From: a bacterium
Lineage (GTDB): Bacteria > Zhuqueibacterota > QNDG01 > JAGLOF01
Assembly: GCA_023139105.1 (NCBI GenBank)
Contig: JAGLOF010000023.1
Location: 2,446-66,445 of the forward strand
DNA: 64,000 nucleotides
Direction of reading: 5' to 3'
The translations under genes were made by a program, and so were the position numbers. The notes beneath the pieces were generated by a model. That model was not told the origin of the DNA, did no database searches, and saw only the letters and a list, made by a program, of their open reading frames with translations. Below, piece after piece: positions 1 to 9,438 of the stretch; position 1 is the first letter of the stretch; each line of letters opens with the position of its first letter.

Positions 1-2811
1 TTTGTTAATAATTGAATTTTCCGAATCTGTAGCAACCAGATTTACTGTATATGTACCTGGTGTATCATATAGATAGGTTAATTTAGAGGAATTGTATATC
101 TCACCATTACCGAGATCCCATTTATATTGATATGGAGACTTTCCTCCAACAGGCGTAACTTCCATTGCAATGTTAAATGGAGCTATACCTGAAAGATCCC
201 CCGTTAATATATCAACAGTAAATGGTTGTTTTACTGTAATAGTAAGTTCTCTTTCAACTTGATTGTTATTTGAATCTTTTACTATACATTTAATTGTGTA
301 TACTCCATCATTTGGAAAACTATATACAAATGACTGTTGATTGTCAATCTTACTACCATTTGAAAACCATTCATATTCAAATGGAGCTGCTCCCCCACTA
401 ATAACTGCTGATAAAGTTGAGTTAACAGGTAGATAAGCTTCTGATATTGTAGATGTAATTACCAGATTCAACGATCTATTTAATTGAACAGAAATCGTAT
501 CCAATATTATCTGGGCGGATTCATCCTGCAATTTCACATAGATTGTATGGCGTTCCTCAGAATTAATAGCTCTTATAACAGACGTTCCAGTATTCTGCAC
601 TTTACCGTTCCAGCTCCACTCTATCTCATATGGTTCTATTCCTCCGGATGGTATGGCACTGAGCGTCCACTCTGCTGGTACTGTTTGAGAGGACACTGAG
701 GTAGTTGTACTCAAAGCTAATGGCATATATGTTATGATTTTCAATGTATCAGTCACGGACTGGCCTGATTGATCAGAGACACTAAGAACAAGGACATAAT
801 CTCCGCTGTTATTAAAAACATGTGAAAAATTAGCTACATTACTAATAATATCATTATTTAACGACCAGGAATAAATATATGGGTCTTCCCCACCTTCAAC
901 TTCTGCAGTCAATGTAGTCGTTACAGGTACCACCATAGCTTTAGAGAGTGGTTTCTTTATTTTTACTTTCAATTCATCAACTTGATTGTTTGAAACATAA
1001 TTACTTTCAAACGCACCAATATCAGGGCCGTTTCCATGATAGATAAGACTGATTCCTTCATTCATTTGCCAGGATAACTGCCTGTCCAGTTCTAATTCCT
1101 GCTGATCTGTATTTATTGATTTCACAATAGCACTTGTGCCTGAAACATGAAAGATAATAGTATCACCGCTTACAATACCATATCCATCAGAAAAGCATCT
1201 GGCATTTATTACAGGTACTGTACTGCCGGAACCTGCTGACGTGCACGTTGTTAATGCAAGTCCAGCATCAATAGCGGTTGAATTTTGCGTTAAAGCAATT
1301 GAATAATCCCCTGAGCCTGTTGGTGAATCGTTCTCCAGTTCAATGGGAAATACATTAACAACTCTTGAATTCGCTTCTTTTCCCACAGGGCCATTTATCG
1401 ATTGGAATCGCCGTTTTAGTTCTTCATGATCAATTTTTTCCCAGTTCCACCCCTTCTGAACTGCTGCCATCATCGGTGTATCTGAGCTAAAATACAGATT
1501 GCCATCAATTTCAGCCTGATCAAGATCGGCAGTGAGCCGGACTGATATCTCACCCTGATGATTCCCGCCAATGATATTGTTTTTGATCATTGAGAGATCA
1601 AAAGTTGGAGCGTATGGTTCGGTAATTATTACACCTACTAATCCGGGGAATCTCCGAAGATAGTCAGTTGGTGCTGTTTCAATTTGTGAGGCAGAACAAT
1701 CAGGGCCAAGATGGCTTCGGTTATTACCAATAATTGTATTATTTACAACTACCCATCCCCTGTTATGAATGGAGATGCCTCCAAGATTATCATAGATAAA
1801 ATTTTTCCTGATAAGAATATTGTGTGCCTGTGTATGGCCTATATCCCCTTTCATAATGCCGCCGGTCCCGCCTCCGAGGTTTCCGGAACCATCATTGTCG
1901 CCACGACATCCATAAATAATATTACCTTCAATAACTACATGAGCCGCACCCTTTAAATCAATTCCATTTTCCGCATGATTTCCAATTACATTGCCACGAA
2001 TAATAATTCCACGCATAGTACCATGATCAAAGGATACTGAATAGTCAGGTTCAAACTGGATTCCGTCTTCAGCTTGACTGCCTAAAAGAACATTATTTTC
2101 AATCAGCATAGCCTGATTATCACCGAAACTGGTTTGGATATCAATGCAACTGCCATGGGGCCCGATTATTCGATTGCCTCTTACAATATTGAATTTGGGC
2201 CTTGCCGTCATTATGATACCTAGATTCCAACTGCCAGTAAACTCATTATTTTCAATTAGTGTCCATTTTGCACTGCCAATCAAGACACCATGATTTCTTG
2301 GTTCTGTAGGTGTTGAACATTGGAAATGACAATTTCGTATTGTATTATATTCAGTATTTTTGCCGTATATACAAGCTCCATAACTCGCAAAAGTAGGATC
2401 TATTACAAAGCCATCTACAACAATATAATCCGCACCTCTCCAGCCAGCATCCTGTCCCGGATAACCAATGGCGATGACAGCTTCACTTGACTTTGCTCCG
2501 GGACCTTTTAATATAACTGTGTCACCCTCATATGCCTTAAAAACAATAGGATTTCCCTGCGTTCCACTATTGGCAGGATTGATGGATTCATGATATGTAC
2601 CGGCTCGAATATACACTATATCTCCGGCACGCAATGTTTTATTTGCCTTACTTATAGAGTTCCAGGGCTGTGCTATTGTTCCCGGATTACTATCTGTTCC
2701 ACCAGGTGAGACATAATATTCTGCGGCAAATATTTGTCCGCTGGAAAAAAATATCAATGTAATTAAAAAGCGTTTAATACACTGCATTTGGCTTGAATGA
2801 AATGATTTCAT
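1..2811 (-). CDS. Secreted right-handed parallel beta-helix protein with at least four C-terminal PKD/Ig-like repeats (putative polysaccharide-active enzyme). The 3' end runs off the window.
   Basis: Absent from the supplied ORF track because it has no stop inside the window. My translation of the minus strand from ATG 2811..2809 stays open for all 937 codons down to position 1. The N-terminus MKSFHSSQMQCIKRFLITLIFFSSGQIFA/AEYYVSPGGTDSNPGT is a signal peptide followed by the usual beta-helix opening. Beta-helix rungs include IIRGNVIGNHAENGIDLKGAAHVVIEGNIIYG, VVNNTIIGNN and IKNNIIGGNH. Four ~85-aa modules carry GG-x-x-P[YF]-x-Y-x-W (GGEDPYIYSW, GGIEPYEIEW, GGAAPFEYEW, GGKSPYQYKW) within about 1..985. 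Confidence 0.8.
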   Translation of the reverse strand, partial: MKSFHSSQMQCIKRFLITLIFFSSGQIFAAEYYVSPGGTDSNPGTIAQPWNSISKANKTLRAGDIVYIRAGTYHESINPANSGTQGNPIVFKAYEGDTVILKGPGAKSSEAVIAIGYPGQDAGWRGADYIVVDGFVIDPTFASYGACIYGKNTEYNTIRNCHFQCSTPTEPRNHGVLIGSAKWTLIENNEFTGSWNLGIIMTARPKFNIVRGNRIIGPHGSCIDIQTSFGDNQAMLIENNVLLGSQAEDGIQFEPDYSVSFDHGTMRGIIIRGNVIGNHAENGIDLKGAAHVVIEGNIIYGCRGDNDGSGNLGGGTGGIMKGDIGHTQAHNILIRKNFIYDNLGGISIHNRGWVVVNNTIIGNNRSHLGPDCSASQIETAPTDYLRRFPGLVGVIITEPYAPTFDLSMIKNNIIGGNHQGEISVRLTADLDQAEIDGNLYFSSDTPMMAAVQKGWNWEKIDHEELKRRFQSINGPVGKEANSRVVNVFPIELENDSPTGSGDYSIALTQNSTAIDAGLALTTCTSAGSGSTVPVINARCFSDGYGIVSGDTIIFHVSGTSAIVKSINTDQQELELDRQLSWQMNEGISLIYHGNGPDIGAFESNYVSNNQVDELKVKIKKPLSKAMVVPVTTTLTAEVEGGEDPYIYSWSLNNDIISNVANFSHVFNNSGDYVLVLSVSDQSGQSVTDTLKIITYMPLALSTTTSVSSQTVPAEWTLSAIPSGGIEPYEIEWSWNGKVQNTGTSVIRAINSEERHTIYVKLQDESAQIILDTISVQLNRSLNLVITSTISEAYLPVNSTLSAVISGGAAPFEYEWFSNGSKIDNQQSFVYSFPNDGVYTIKCIVKDSNNNQVERELTITVKQPFTVDILTGDLSGIAPFNIAMEVTPVGGKSPYQYKWDLGNGEIYNSSKLTYLYDTPGTYTVNLVATDSENSIINK

Positions 2812-3039
2812 TTGTGTTCCCTCAAGAAGGCTTTAGATTACGGCAATAGTTGCATTGCAACAGGCAAAAACTGCACTTATCACGGCACAAAAAAATATTT
2901 TCTTAGATTTGATAACTCAAAAATTATACTGCCTTTTATCCTTTATTTCCAATGATTTACAGAGGCTCGTATCAAATCTGATATACTTACTTGGTGAAGC
3001 ATCATTCTTCAAAATGCAAGGATTGTACCACGTATTTAA

Positions 3040-4557
3040 TTAAAAATAAAAGACTGATCGACCAATCAAACGATTAATTAAATTTCTTTCATCTTTGGCA
3101 AATACCTTGTTACAGATAGAAATAAGTGAGTAAAAAATAGCGGCTATTAATCCTGTCAGGATCAATGTAATTGTATTATCCACAATTGATCTGATAAACC
3201 AGATAAGAATACACATCAATAGAGAATTGAATACTATTTTTATAAGTTCCTGCCAGGGTATATTAAGAGAGATAGTTTTTTTAATTTTGTAAAAAGTAAA
3301 AATATTTTTAAAGAGAATTGCGCTGCTGGTCACAAGTGCAATTCCTACAATGCCAAAGGGTTTTATAACCAGCAGATTCCCCACTAAATTATAAATTGAA
3401 AAAATTTTACTATAGAAATGAATTTCTACTCTTTCTTTGGCTTGAATAACCAGACCCAAAGGCATTTCAAATGCATTTAATGCGCTGAATATGGCGGCTA
3501 TTCCCATCACCTGTAGAGCATCCAGGTATTTTATATCATACACATATCGGATTAGTTGATCACCTAAAAGAAGGATTAGTGCAACAAATGGAATAAAGAA
3601 GAAAAAGACAATTTTTATCAGGAAAGAAAACAGCCATACAAGATCTTCATCATCTTTTGAATGAGCATAGCGTGTAAAAAAATATGGCGTTATTACATCT
3701 AACAGAAGTCGGTGCGGCATCCATCTTGACATTATCTTTACTGTTTGTGTTGCAAATGCATATAATCCCACCATTTGTGTACCTAAAAAGGCAGATATAA
3801 TTAAAAAATCCGTAGAAACATCTAGTACTTGTTCACCCATTTCATTAACGTAGGCAAATCCTCCATATCGCATTAATCGTTTGAATGGGAGATTAGTATT
3901 GTCAATATTGGAATGTTTTTTTACAAAAAAACGATTATAATAATAATATTGCAAAGAGACCAGAATTAAAAAACCTATTACTTCGCCCAATACCAGGCCC
4001 CTTAAGGCCATTCCGGATTGGAGCAGAAAATATACAATCATAGCGCGTAAAATAGAGTAAGCAACTTGCGCAAAAGCAAAATATTTATGCATAAATAATG
4101 ATGTTAAGGCAAGGCCCAATAATTGAGATTCAAGATAGAAGAAAATCCCGAATGAATACATTAAGAATAGATTCCGGCTGTAAGATATATTGAATAATTT
4201 TGAAATCTGAGGAGCAAACACTATTGTGATAGCTAGCAGCAGAATAATCAAGGCTCCTCTTAATAATAATCCATTCTTAACCAGTAAGATTAATTGATTG
4301 AAATTTTTCTGATGCAACCACTCCGGAATAAAACGTTTAAAAATGTTCAATAAGCCTAAAGACGAAAACAATCCGATATACGCCATTATAGCAACTAATA
4401 AATTGTATACTCCATAATCATGAATATTCAATATTCTGACAATATAAATTGTCATCATGAAAGTTATTATTGGCGTGATCAGTTTTTGTGCAATGATATA
4501 AAAACTGGAGTGCCGAATTGTTTTTTCTAGCTCATTAGACATTTTCAATCTTTTCAA
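3040..4557 (-). CDS. Polysaccharide flippase of the MOP/Wzx family
   Basis: 505-aa multi-pass membrane ORF. The N-terminal pattern IAQKLITPIITFMMTIYIVRILNIHDYGVYNLL is typical of Polysacc_synt/Wzx proteins. It is the last gene of the EPS operon. The start may be M6 (4542). Confidence 0.75.
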   Translation of the reverse strand: MKRLKMSNELEKTIRHSSFYIIAQKLITPIITFMMTIYIVRILNIHDYGVYNLLVAIMAYIGLFSSLGLLNIFKRFIPEWLHQKNFNQLILLVKNGLLLRGALIILLLAITIVFAPQISKLFNISYSRNLFLMYSFGIFFYLESQLLGLALTSLFMHKYFAFAQVAYSILRAMIVYFLLQSGMALRGLVLGEVIGFLILVSLQYYYYNRFFVKKHSNIDNTNLPFKRLMRYGGFAYVNEMGEQVLDVSTDFLIISAFLGTQMVGLYAFATQTVKIMSRWMPHRLLLDVITPYFFTRYAHSKDDEDLVWLFSFLIKIVFFFFIPFVALILLLGDQLIRYVYDIKYLDALQVMGIAAIFSALNAFEMPLGLVIQAKERVEIHFYSKIFSIYNLVGNLLVIKPFGIVGIALVTSSAILFKNIFTFYKIKKTISLNIPWQELIKIVFNSLLMCILIWFIRSIVDNTITLILTGLIAAIFYSLISICNKVFAKDERNLINRLIGRSVFYF

Positions 4558-5428
4558 TATATGAGTGTGCAGTATAGAAACTTACACCATTGAATTGTGA
4601 GATATATGATAGAAACTTTTCTGTCATCTTAAATCTGGTATCACATGTATGTCTGAGTTTGAGTTTACTTCTAAAATAAAATCCTCGAGCCAATATTGCT
4701 TTCAATGATGTTTTATGATGTACTGCCTTGGTCATTGGTGCAAATTCAGCCGGATGTAAAAGATATACAATCGGTTTTCCTGTTAATCGTGATTCAAATG
4801 CCAGAATATTGAAAAAGAGCCGCATAAAACGATATCCGAAGAAATATAGCATACCTGAAATAAATGGTAGTATTATCGCTGAAACAGGAATTACCCACAG
4901 ATTTCTATCACCTTTCTTAAAGGCATTTTTTATATTTGGCCTGTAAGGTAATCGAGGTGCTGTAATCCAATGTGGATTTATTAAATTTGAACTTATAAAA
5001 TCAATACGCTGTGGACAAACCGACGAATCAGATAAATACGCAAGATCTTCCAAAACTTCCTGGGTTGCAGCAGATGTCTTAACTCTGGGACCTCGGAAAG
5101 ACACTGGTGCTTGTCCTATAACTTTTTTAATTTTTTCAGTAGCTTCTTTAAGTATTTTAGTTTGCGTCTCCAAGGGCATAGTAGAGAACTCTTCATCATC
5201 GGAGTGTGTCAGGCCATGACATCCAATCTCATGGCCTTCAGCTGTCAAGTCATTAAGTATTGCTGAATATTCATGTGCATTATTTGCAACAGTATAAAAA
5301 GTACTCTTAATAGAATATTTATTAAATAGATCTGCACAACGTCTTAGCGCAATACGTTTATCATCAATATTGGCCTCTGGTGTAGGATCAATATCACAGG
5401 TAATCAGAACATCTACAGCATGCTTCAT
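4535..5428 (-). CDS. Polysaccharide deacetylase (NodB/CE4-like)
   Basis: Motifs seen: VLITCDIDPTPE (Asp motif), GCHGLTHSD (His-x-x-x-His metal motif) and FRGPR. A C-terminal hydrophobic segment is present. The gene overlaps both neighbours. Confidence 0.7.
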   Translation of the reverse strand: MKHAVDVLITCDIDPTPEANIDDKRIALRRCADLFNKYSIKSTFYTVANNAHEYSAILNDLTAEGHEIGCHGLTHSDDEEFSTMPLETQTKILKEATEKIKKVIGQAPVSFRGPRVKTSAATQEVLEDLAYLSDSSVCPQRIDFISSNLINPHWITAPRLPYRPNIKNAFKKGDRNLWVIPVSAIILPFISGMLYFFGYRFMRLFFNILAFESRLTGKPIVYLLHPAEFAPMTKAVHHKTSLKAILARGFYFRSKLKLRHTCDTRFKMTEKFLSYISQFNGVSFYTAHSYIEKIENV

Positions 5429-5916
5429 TGAGTTTCACCGTTTTCAACTTTATCAGTGTCAGGTTTTTGAAATTTCCTAATCTTTGTAGCAGGCACACCA
5501 CCAACTAAAGTGTATGGGGGGACATTTCTGCTGACTACTGAACCTGCTGCAACAACTGAATGTTCTCCTATTGTGACTCCCGGGAGAATCGTAACACGTG
5601 CTCCTATCCAGCAACCTTGTTTTATTGTAACAGGTTTTGTGTGAGTAGGATATATAGGCTCATGCACAGGAGTACCCGGAGCTGAGTGCATAACAATAAG
5701 GCACTCAGGTGCAATGCCAACATCATCTTCGATTGTTAGTAATTCGGTACGCCCCGAATCAAATATCATCATCTCCTGGCCAATAAACACTCTTTCACCA
5801 ACATTCGCACCAGCCATTTTCAATAATTTGATTCGAATTCCATTACCAATAGCATGCTTTCTGATTTGCTGAAGACATTCTCGATAGATATGTTTTATTT
5901 TTGAATAATCTGACAT
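5425..5916 (-). CDS. Hexapeptide-repeat (left-handed beta-helix) O-acetyltransferase
   Basis: IGARVTILPGVTIGEHSVVAAGSVVSRNVPPYTLVGGVPATKIRKF is the canonical LbH acyltransferase C-terminus. There is a 4-nt overlap with the downstream deacetylase. Confidence 0.85.
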   Translation of the reverse strand: MSDYSKIKHIYRECLQQIRKHAIGNGIRIKLLKMAGANVGERVFIGQEMMIFDSGRTELLTIEDDVGIAPECLIVMHSAPGTPVHEPIYPTHTKPVTIKQGCWIGARVTILPGVTIGEHSVVAAGSVVSRNVPPYTLVGGVPATKIRKFQKPDTDKVENGETQ

Positions 5917-5953
5917 AATAGGTATCTCCTGGATAAATAATTGCTTTGCCTAT

Positions 5954-6976
5954 CTATAAATAACACCTTCTAATCATCGGGCCGACAATATTTGTTACAG
6001 GTGTGGGCAGATACCGCCAAATTTTTGAATAACGTTGACGTGTATTACTGGAATGACTGTGATCCGGCATTGCCTTTTGATTATGTAGATAATAGTGATA
6101 GTACAATGTCTCTTCAGATGAATTCCATCCCATTTTAAATTTATGAACCCCACTATCTTTTATACATCTTCCAAAATTATAAAATTTTTGGCCATCTTGA
6201 TAACCTTTTTCCATCAATTTCCATGTTAATAGGTGTTGAGGATAAAGATTTTTATATTCCGGATCTCCATAACTTATTACAGGAAAAATTTGGTCTTTAT
6301 ATATACGCACCATTTTTGTCATTATAATTTTATTTTTGTATTTTACATTTGAAATAAAATGATTATCGGGAAATGCATGAAATACGGATTTTATCCATCG
6401 TGGACCTTCTACCGGTGTACCAAAACGTTTCATCCCTTGCGAATAAAGTTTATAGAATGTATCAATATCTTTGGAAAAGATTTCAATTTCCATATCTTCT
6501 TTAAAACAACGTTTAAGACGCCGCCGTATATCTTTATTTAATTTTTTGAAGTGTTCTTCCATGTCTGTAAGTGGTACAATAATATTGGCATAACGATCAT
6601 CAACTACCATTTTTTTGTGTAATGGTTCAATTTGTCTTAGTACCAGATAGTCTACATTTAAACGTCTTGCCTCAGAAATTGCTTTTTCGATGAGTAGTAA
6701 TTCAACTTCAGAATTTTCAAAACAAATACCCCCAACTACTGCAGCAGGAATAGATAGTAATACCGATCCTCCCAAAAATGTTTTCATATGGAACAGCGGT
6801 AATCCGCCCAACATCACACCATTTTCTTCAGCAATGAAATATAAGGGCTTGTGACGATGAATTTTCTCAACTATAGATCTCCACGCCCACTGATGATAAA
6901 AAGTACCATTAGCGTGCTTATTAAAATAAGCATCCCAGTGATTTGAATCTTGCTCTTGAGCTTGTCTTATCTGCAT
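5954..6976 (-). CDS. FemAB-like / GNAT-fold acyl(aminoacyl)transferase of the EPS-locus-associated type
   Basis: 340 aa. WDAYFNKHANGTFYHQWAWRSIVEKIHRHKPLYFIAEENG, MKRFGTPVEGPRW and FYNFGRCIKDSGVHKFKMGWN resemble the FemAB-related proteins found in EPS loci. The call was made by eye, with no HMM. Confidence 0.55.
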   Translation of the reverse strand: MQIRQAQEQDSNHWDAYFNKHANGTFYHQWAWRSIVEKIHRHKPLYFIAEENGVMLGGLPLFHMKTFLGGSVLLSIPAAVVGGICFENSEVELLLIEKAISEARRLNVDYLVLRQIEPLHKKMVVDDRYANIIVPLTDMEEHFKKLNKDIRRRLKRCFKEDMEIEIFSKDIDTFYKLYSQGMKRFGTPVEGPRWIKSVFHAFPDNHFISNVKYKNKIIMTKMVRIYKDQIFPVISYGDPEYKNLYPQHLLTWKLMEKGYQDGQKFYNFGRCIKDSGVHKFKMGWNSSEETLYYHYYLHNQKAMPDHSHSSNTRQRYSKIWRYLPTPVTNIVGPMIRRCYL

Positions 6977-7093
6977 ATCAAATACCCTTATAAGTGAAAA
7001 CAGTATTCCCTATATCTAAATCAAATATATGAAAAATTATCTGATCATCTGCCCCAACTTGTTGTCAATTGACAATGGTCTATATCTATGAAA

Positions 7094-8278
7094 CTAATTT
7101 TCATCTATCTCTCCCAGATACTGTTGATAGTTGACTAATGCAAGATAAGCCCAGGCCTGCCCCCAGCGAATAAATGGGGTTTTATTGGTCCAGCATTTTC
7201 CTCTTCTAAAATAGAAATATCCCTTTGAACTTTGCATTTTATCGAGAAACCATGTAGATATTCTATGTAAATCATGTTTGTTATCCCTGAACGCCGAAGC
7301 TCTGGAGAGGGGAATAAGCACTGATATATTGTGTATATCAACTGGATAAGTTTGGTCAGATAGGAATTTTGGAAAACCATCGCCTTTAAACAAATTGCTC
7401 GTGTAGAAGTCAAATCCCTTTATTATGACATTTTTTAATTCGATTGAAGGATATTTCTCATATATTGTGATCAAGGCATCAAGATTGAATCCTGTATGGT
7501 ATGAGTCAATGTGCTGCTGTATACTCCATTCACCATATGACCAGCTGCCATCTTCTTTCTGTCTTGAGATAGCAAAACTTGTGATTTTTTTTATCAAATC
7601 ATCCAAATCCGGAGATGGCATATATTGACTTGCTCTTGCAAGTAATTTCCCTCCAAGCAGGCTGGCATTGTATACCATAGATTTATCTTCAGGTGTATAT
7701 GCCAGACAAATTCCGTCAGATTTTTTTGTTCTGTGAATATCCATTAATATGAACTTAACTGAACTCAATACGGAATCAAGATAATCCTGATTTCCCCAAA
7801 GCTCATATGCATCTAAAAGAGCATCGGCTATAAATGCCGTATTGACGAGAGTTGGTGTACCCTTTTTAAATAGAAAACGTGTGTTCTGCCAATCAAAATT
7901 GTATCCCCAGCAATCTCCATGATAACCCTTGACTTTGGCGTCATTCAAAAGTGCAATTATCTCAAATGCTTTACGTTTGTATTTATCGTTCTGCGTCATT
8001 TTATATCGTTTAATATTGGCGGAGAGAAATAATCCCAGGCCTTTCGGATTATATCCTTTTTTTGTAAAAAATAAAGGCCTTAGATTTATAGGAGATCTTC
8101 GCATAAGCTGTGTCCATGCAACACGAATCCATTTTTTATTAAAGGATAAAGCACGAATGAGCGGACTGTTCAAGGCGTCAAAGGGATCATATCCTGTCCA
8201 GTTTTTGTCTTCTAAATATTGTTCCAGCTTTTCAATTGATCTATCAATAATATCTATTTGATTAGTTGATTTTTTCAT
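7094..8278 (-). CDS. Conserved hypothetical protein, probably an (alpha/alpha)6-toroid fold; function unknown
   Basis: 394 aa and soluble. Motifs such as GYDPFDALNSP, CWGYNFDWQNT, EDGSWSYGE and IRWGQAWAYLAL recur in uncharacterised proteins of polysaccharide loci. No catalytic assignment is possible from sequence alone. Confidence 0.35.
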   Translation of the reverse strand: MKKSTNQIDIIDRSIEKLEQYLEDKNWTGYDPFDALNSPLIRALSFNKKWIRVAWTQLMRRSPINLRPLFFTKKGYNPKGLGLFLSANIKRYKMTQNDKYKRKAFEIIALLNDAKVKGYHGDCWGYNFDWQNTRFLFKKGTPTLVNTAFIADALLDAYELWGNQDYLDSVLSSVKFILMDIHRTKKSDGICLAYTPEDKSMVYNASLLGGKLLARASQYMPSPDLDDLIKKITSFAISRQKEDGSWSYGEWSIQQHIDSYHTGFNLDALITIYEKYPSIELKNVIIKGFDFYTSNLFKGDGFPKFLSDQTYPVDIHNISVLIPLSRASAFRDNKHDLHRISTWFLDKMQSSKGYFYFRRGKCWTNKTPFIRWGQAWAYLALVNYQQYLGEIDEN

Positions 8279-9438
8279 GCTCTATCCCCTGTTAAAGAGC
8301 TATATAGCTTGTCGAACTTTTCAGAAACAGCCTCAAGACTATAGAGTTGACGTACTTTAACAATATTTGCCTGTCCCATGGCAGATCTCTTTTCAGGATA
8401 TTCTATCAAATGTTTAATTTTATCAGTCAATTGATCGATTGATTTTATATCCACAACATATCCGTTAATATCATTTTTTATCATCTCAGGAATAGCACCA
8501 ACACGTGTGGCTACAATGGGGAGCCCGGATGCCATGGCCTCCAGTACCACCATGGGAAAACCCTCAGAATAACTTGGTAAAACAAATATGGAAGAGTGTT
8601 GCAAGTGGTGAATAATTTCACTCTTTCCAAGGAAGCCTGTAATTTGTACTTTGTCATCCAAGGTGTGTGTCTTGATAAATGATCGCATAGCTTCTTCTTC
8701 TTTCCCGCTTCCGATAATGATCAAGTTACATTGGATGTCATTGGAAGACAATCTGTTAATTGCCTCCAGTATTTCGAAAACACCTTTTTCACGAGTAAAA
8801 TGAGATGCAATCATAAGAATTGATACGTTGTTATTTCCCTTGTATTGTGGTGTAAATTGAAAATCCGTGTACTCTATCATATTGGGTATGATCAATAGTC
8901 TATCTTGAATGTATGTACCCTTAAAAGCATCAGCTTGAAAATTTGATAATACAATTATCTGATGTGCCAGATTAAGTATGTGCAATATAATACGTTGTAT
9001 TATTTGTGGGTAAATCGCCAAAAATTCATCTAATTTACCGCCATGAATTTGCAATAATATTCGTTTTCCAAAAAAACGACATGTGATCAGATAGAGACTG
9101 TCTCTCCAAAATGCACCTGTATTCAATGAGGTATGTATGTGACAGGTATGAGGCTTTTTTTTGATTATCAATCTAATTAGTACAAACCAATCTTTGATGA
9201 TTTGTTTAATTTTTTTTATCAGGGATTCTACTTTGTAACTATCTGTTCCATGCATACGGGACATGGTTTCAACATGTAGAAATTGATATTTATCCTGCAA
9301 TGGACCATGAATAATATTTTGTACATGAGTGGCAATACCTCCGATAGTCGGTGGCACAGGGCCAAGCATAGCAATTCGAATATTTTTAGAAGCTGGATTA
9401 TTTTTCATATAAAAGTATACCCTTTTGACGCCCAACAA
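8275..9438 (-). CDS. Glycosyltransferase family 4 (GT-B)
   Basis: FVLPSYSEGFPMVVLEAMASGLPIVATRVGAIPEMIKNDINGYVV is the E-x7-E GT4 signature. The likely true start is MKNNPASKNIRIAMLG at 9408. Confidence 0.9.
   Translation of the reverse strand: MLGVKRVYFYMKNNPASKNIRIAMLGPVPPTIGGIATHVQNIIHGPLQDKYQFLHVETMSRMHGTDSYKVESLIKKIKQIIKDWFVLIRLIIKKKPHTCHIHTSLNTGAFWRDSLYLITCRFFGKRILLQIHGGKLDEFLAIYPQIIQRIILHILNLAHQIIVLSNFQADAFKGTYIQDRLLIIPNMIEYTDFQFTPQYKGNNNVSILMIASHFTREKGVFEILEAINRLSSNDIQCNLIIIGSGKEEEAMRSFIKTHTLDDKVQITGFLGKSEIIHHLQHSSIFVLPSYSEGFPMVVLEAMASGLPIVATRVGAIPEMIKNDINGYVVDIKSIDQLTDKIKHLIEYPEKRSAMGQANIVKVRQLYSLEAVSEKFDKLYSSLTGDRA

Noticed and set aside
1-985. Roughly 255-270-bp periodicity at the 5' end of the window; considered as a CRISPR or tandem DNA repeat
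   Set aside because: The periodicity exists at the protein level (PKD modules) with diverged DNA. There are no short identical repeats or spacers.
484-1956. Track ORFs 484..699 (+) and 1711..1956 (+)
   Set aside because: Both lie antisense within the long open minus-strand beta-helix/PKD frame, which has clear domain motifs.
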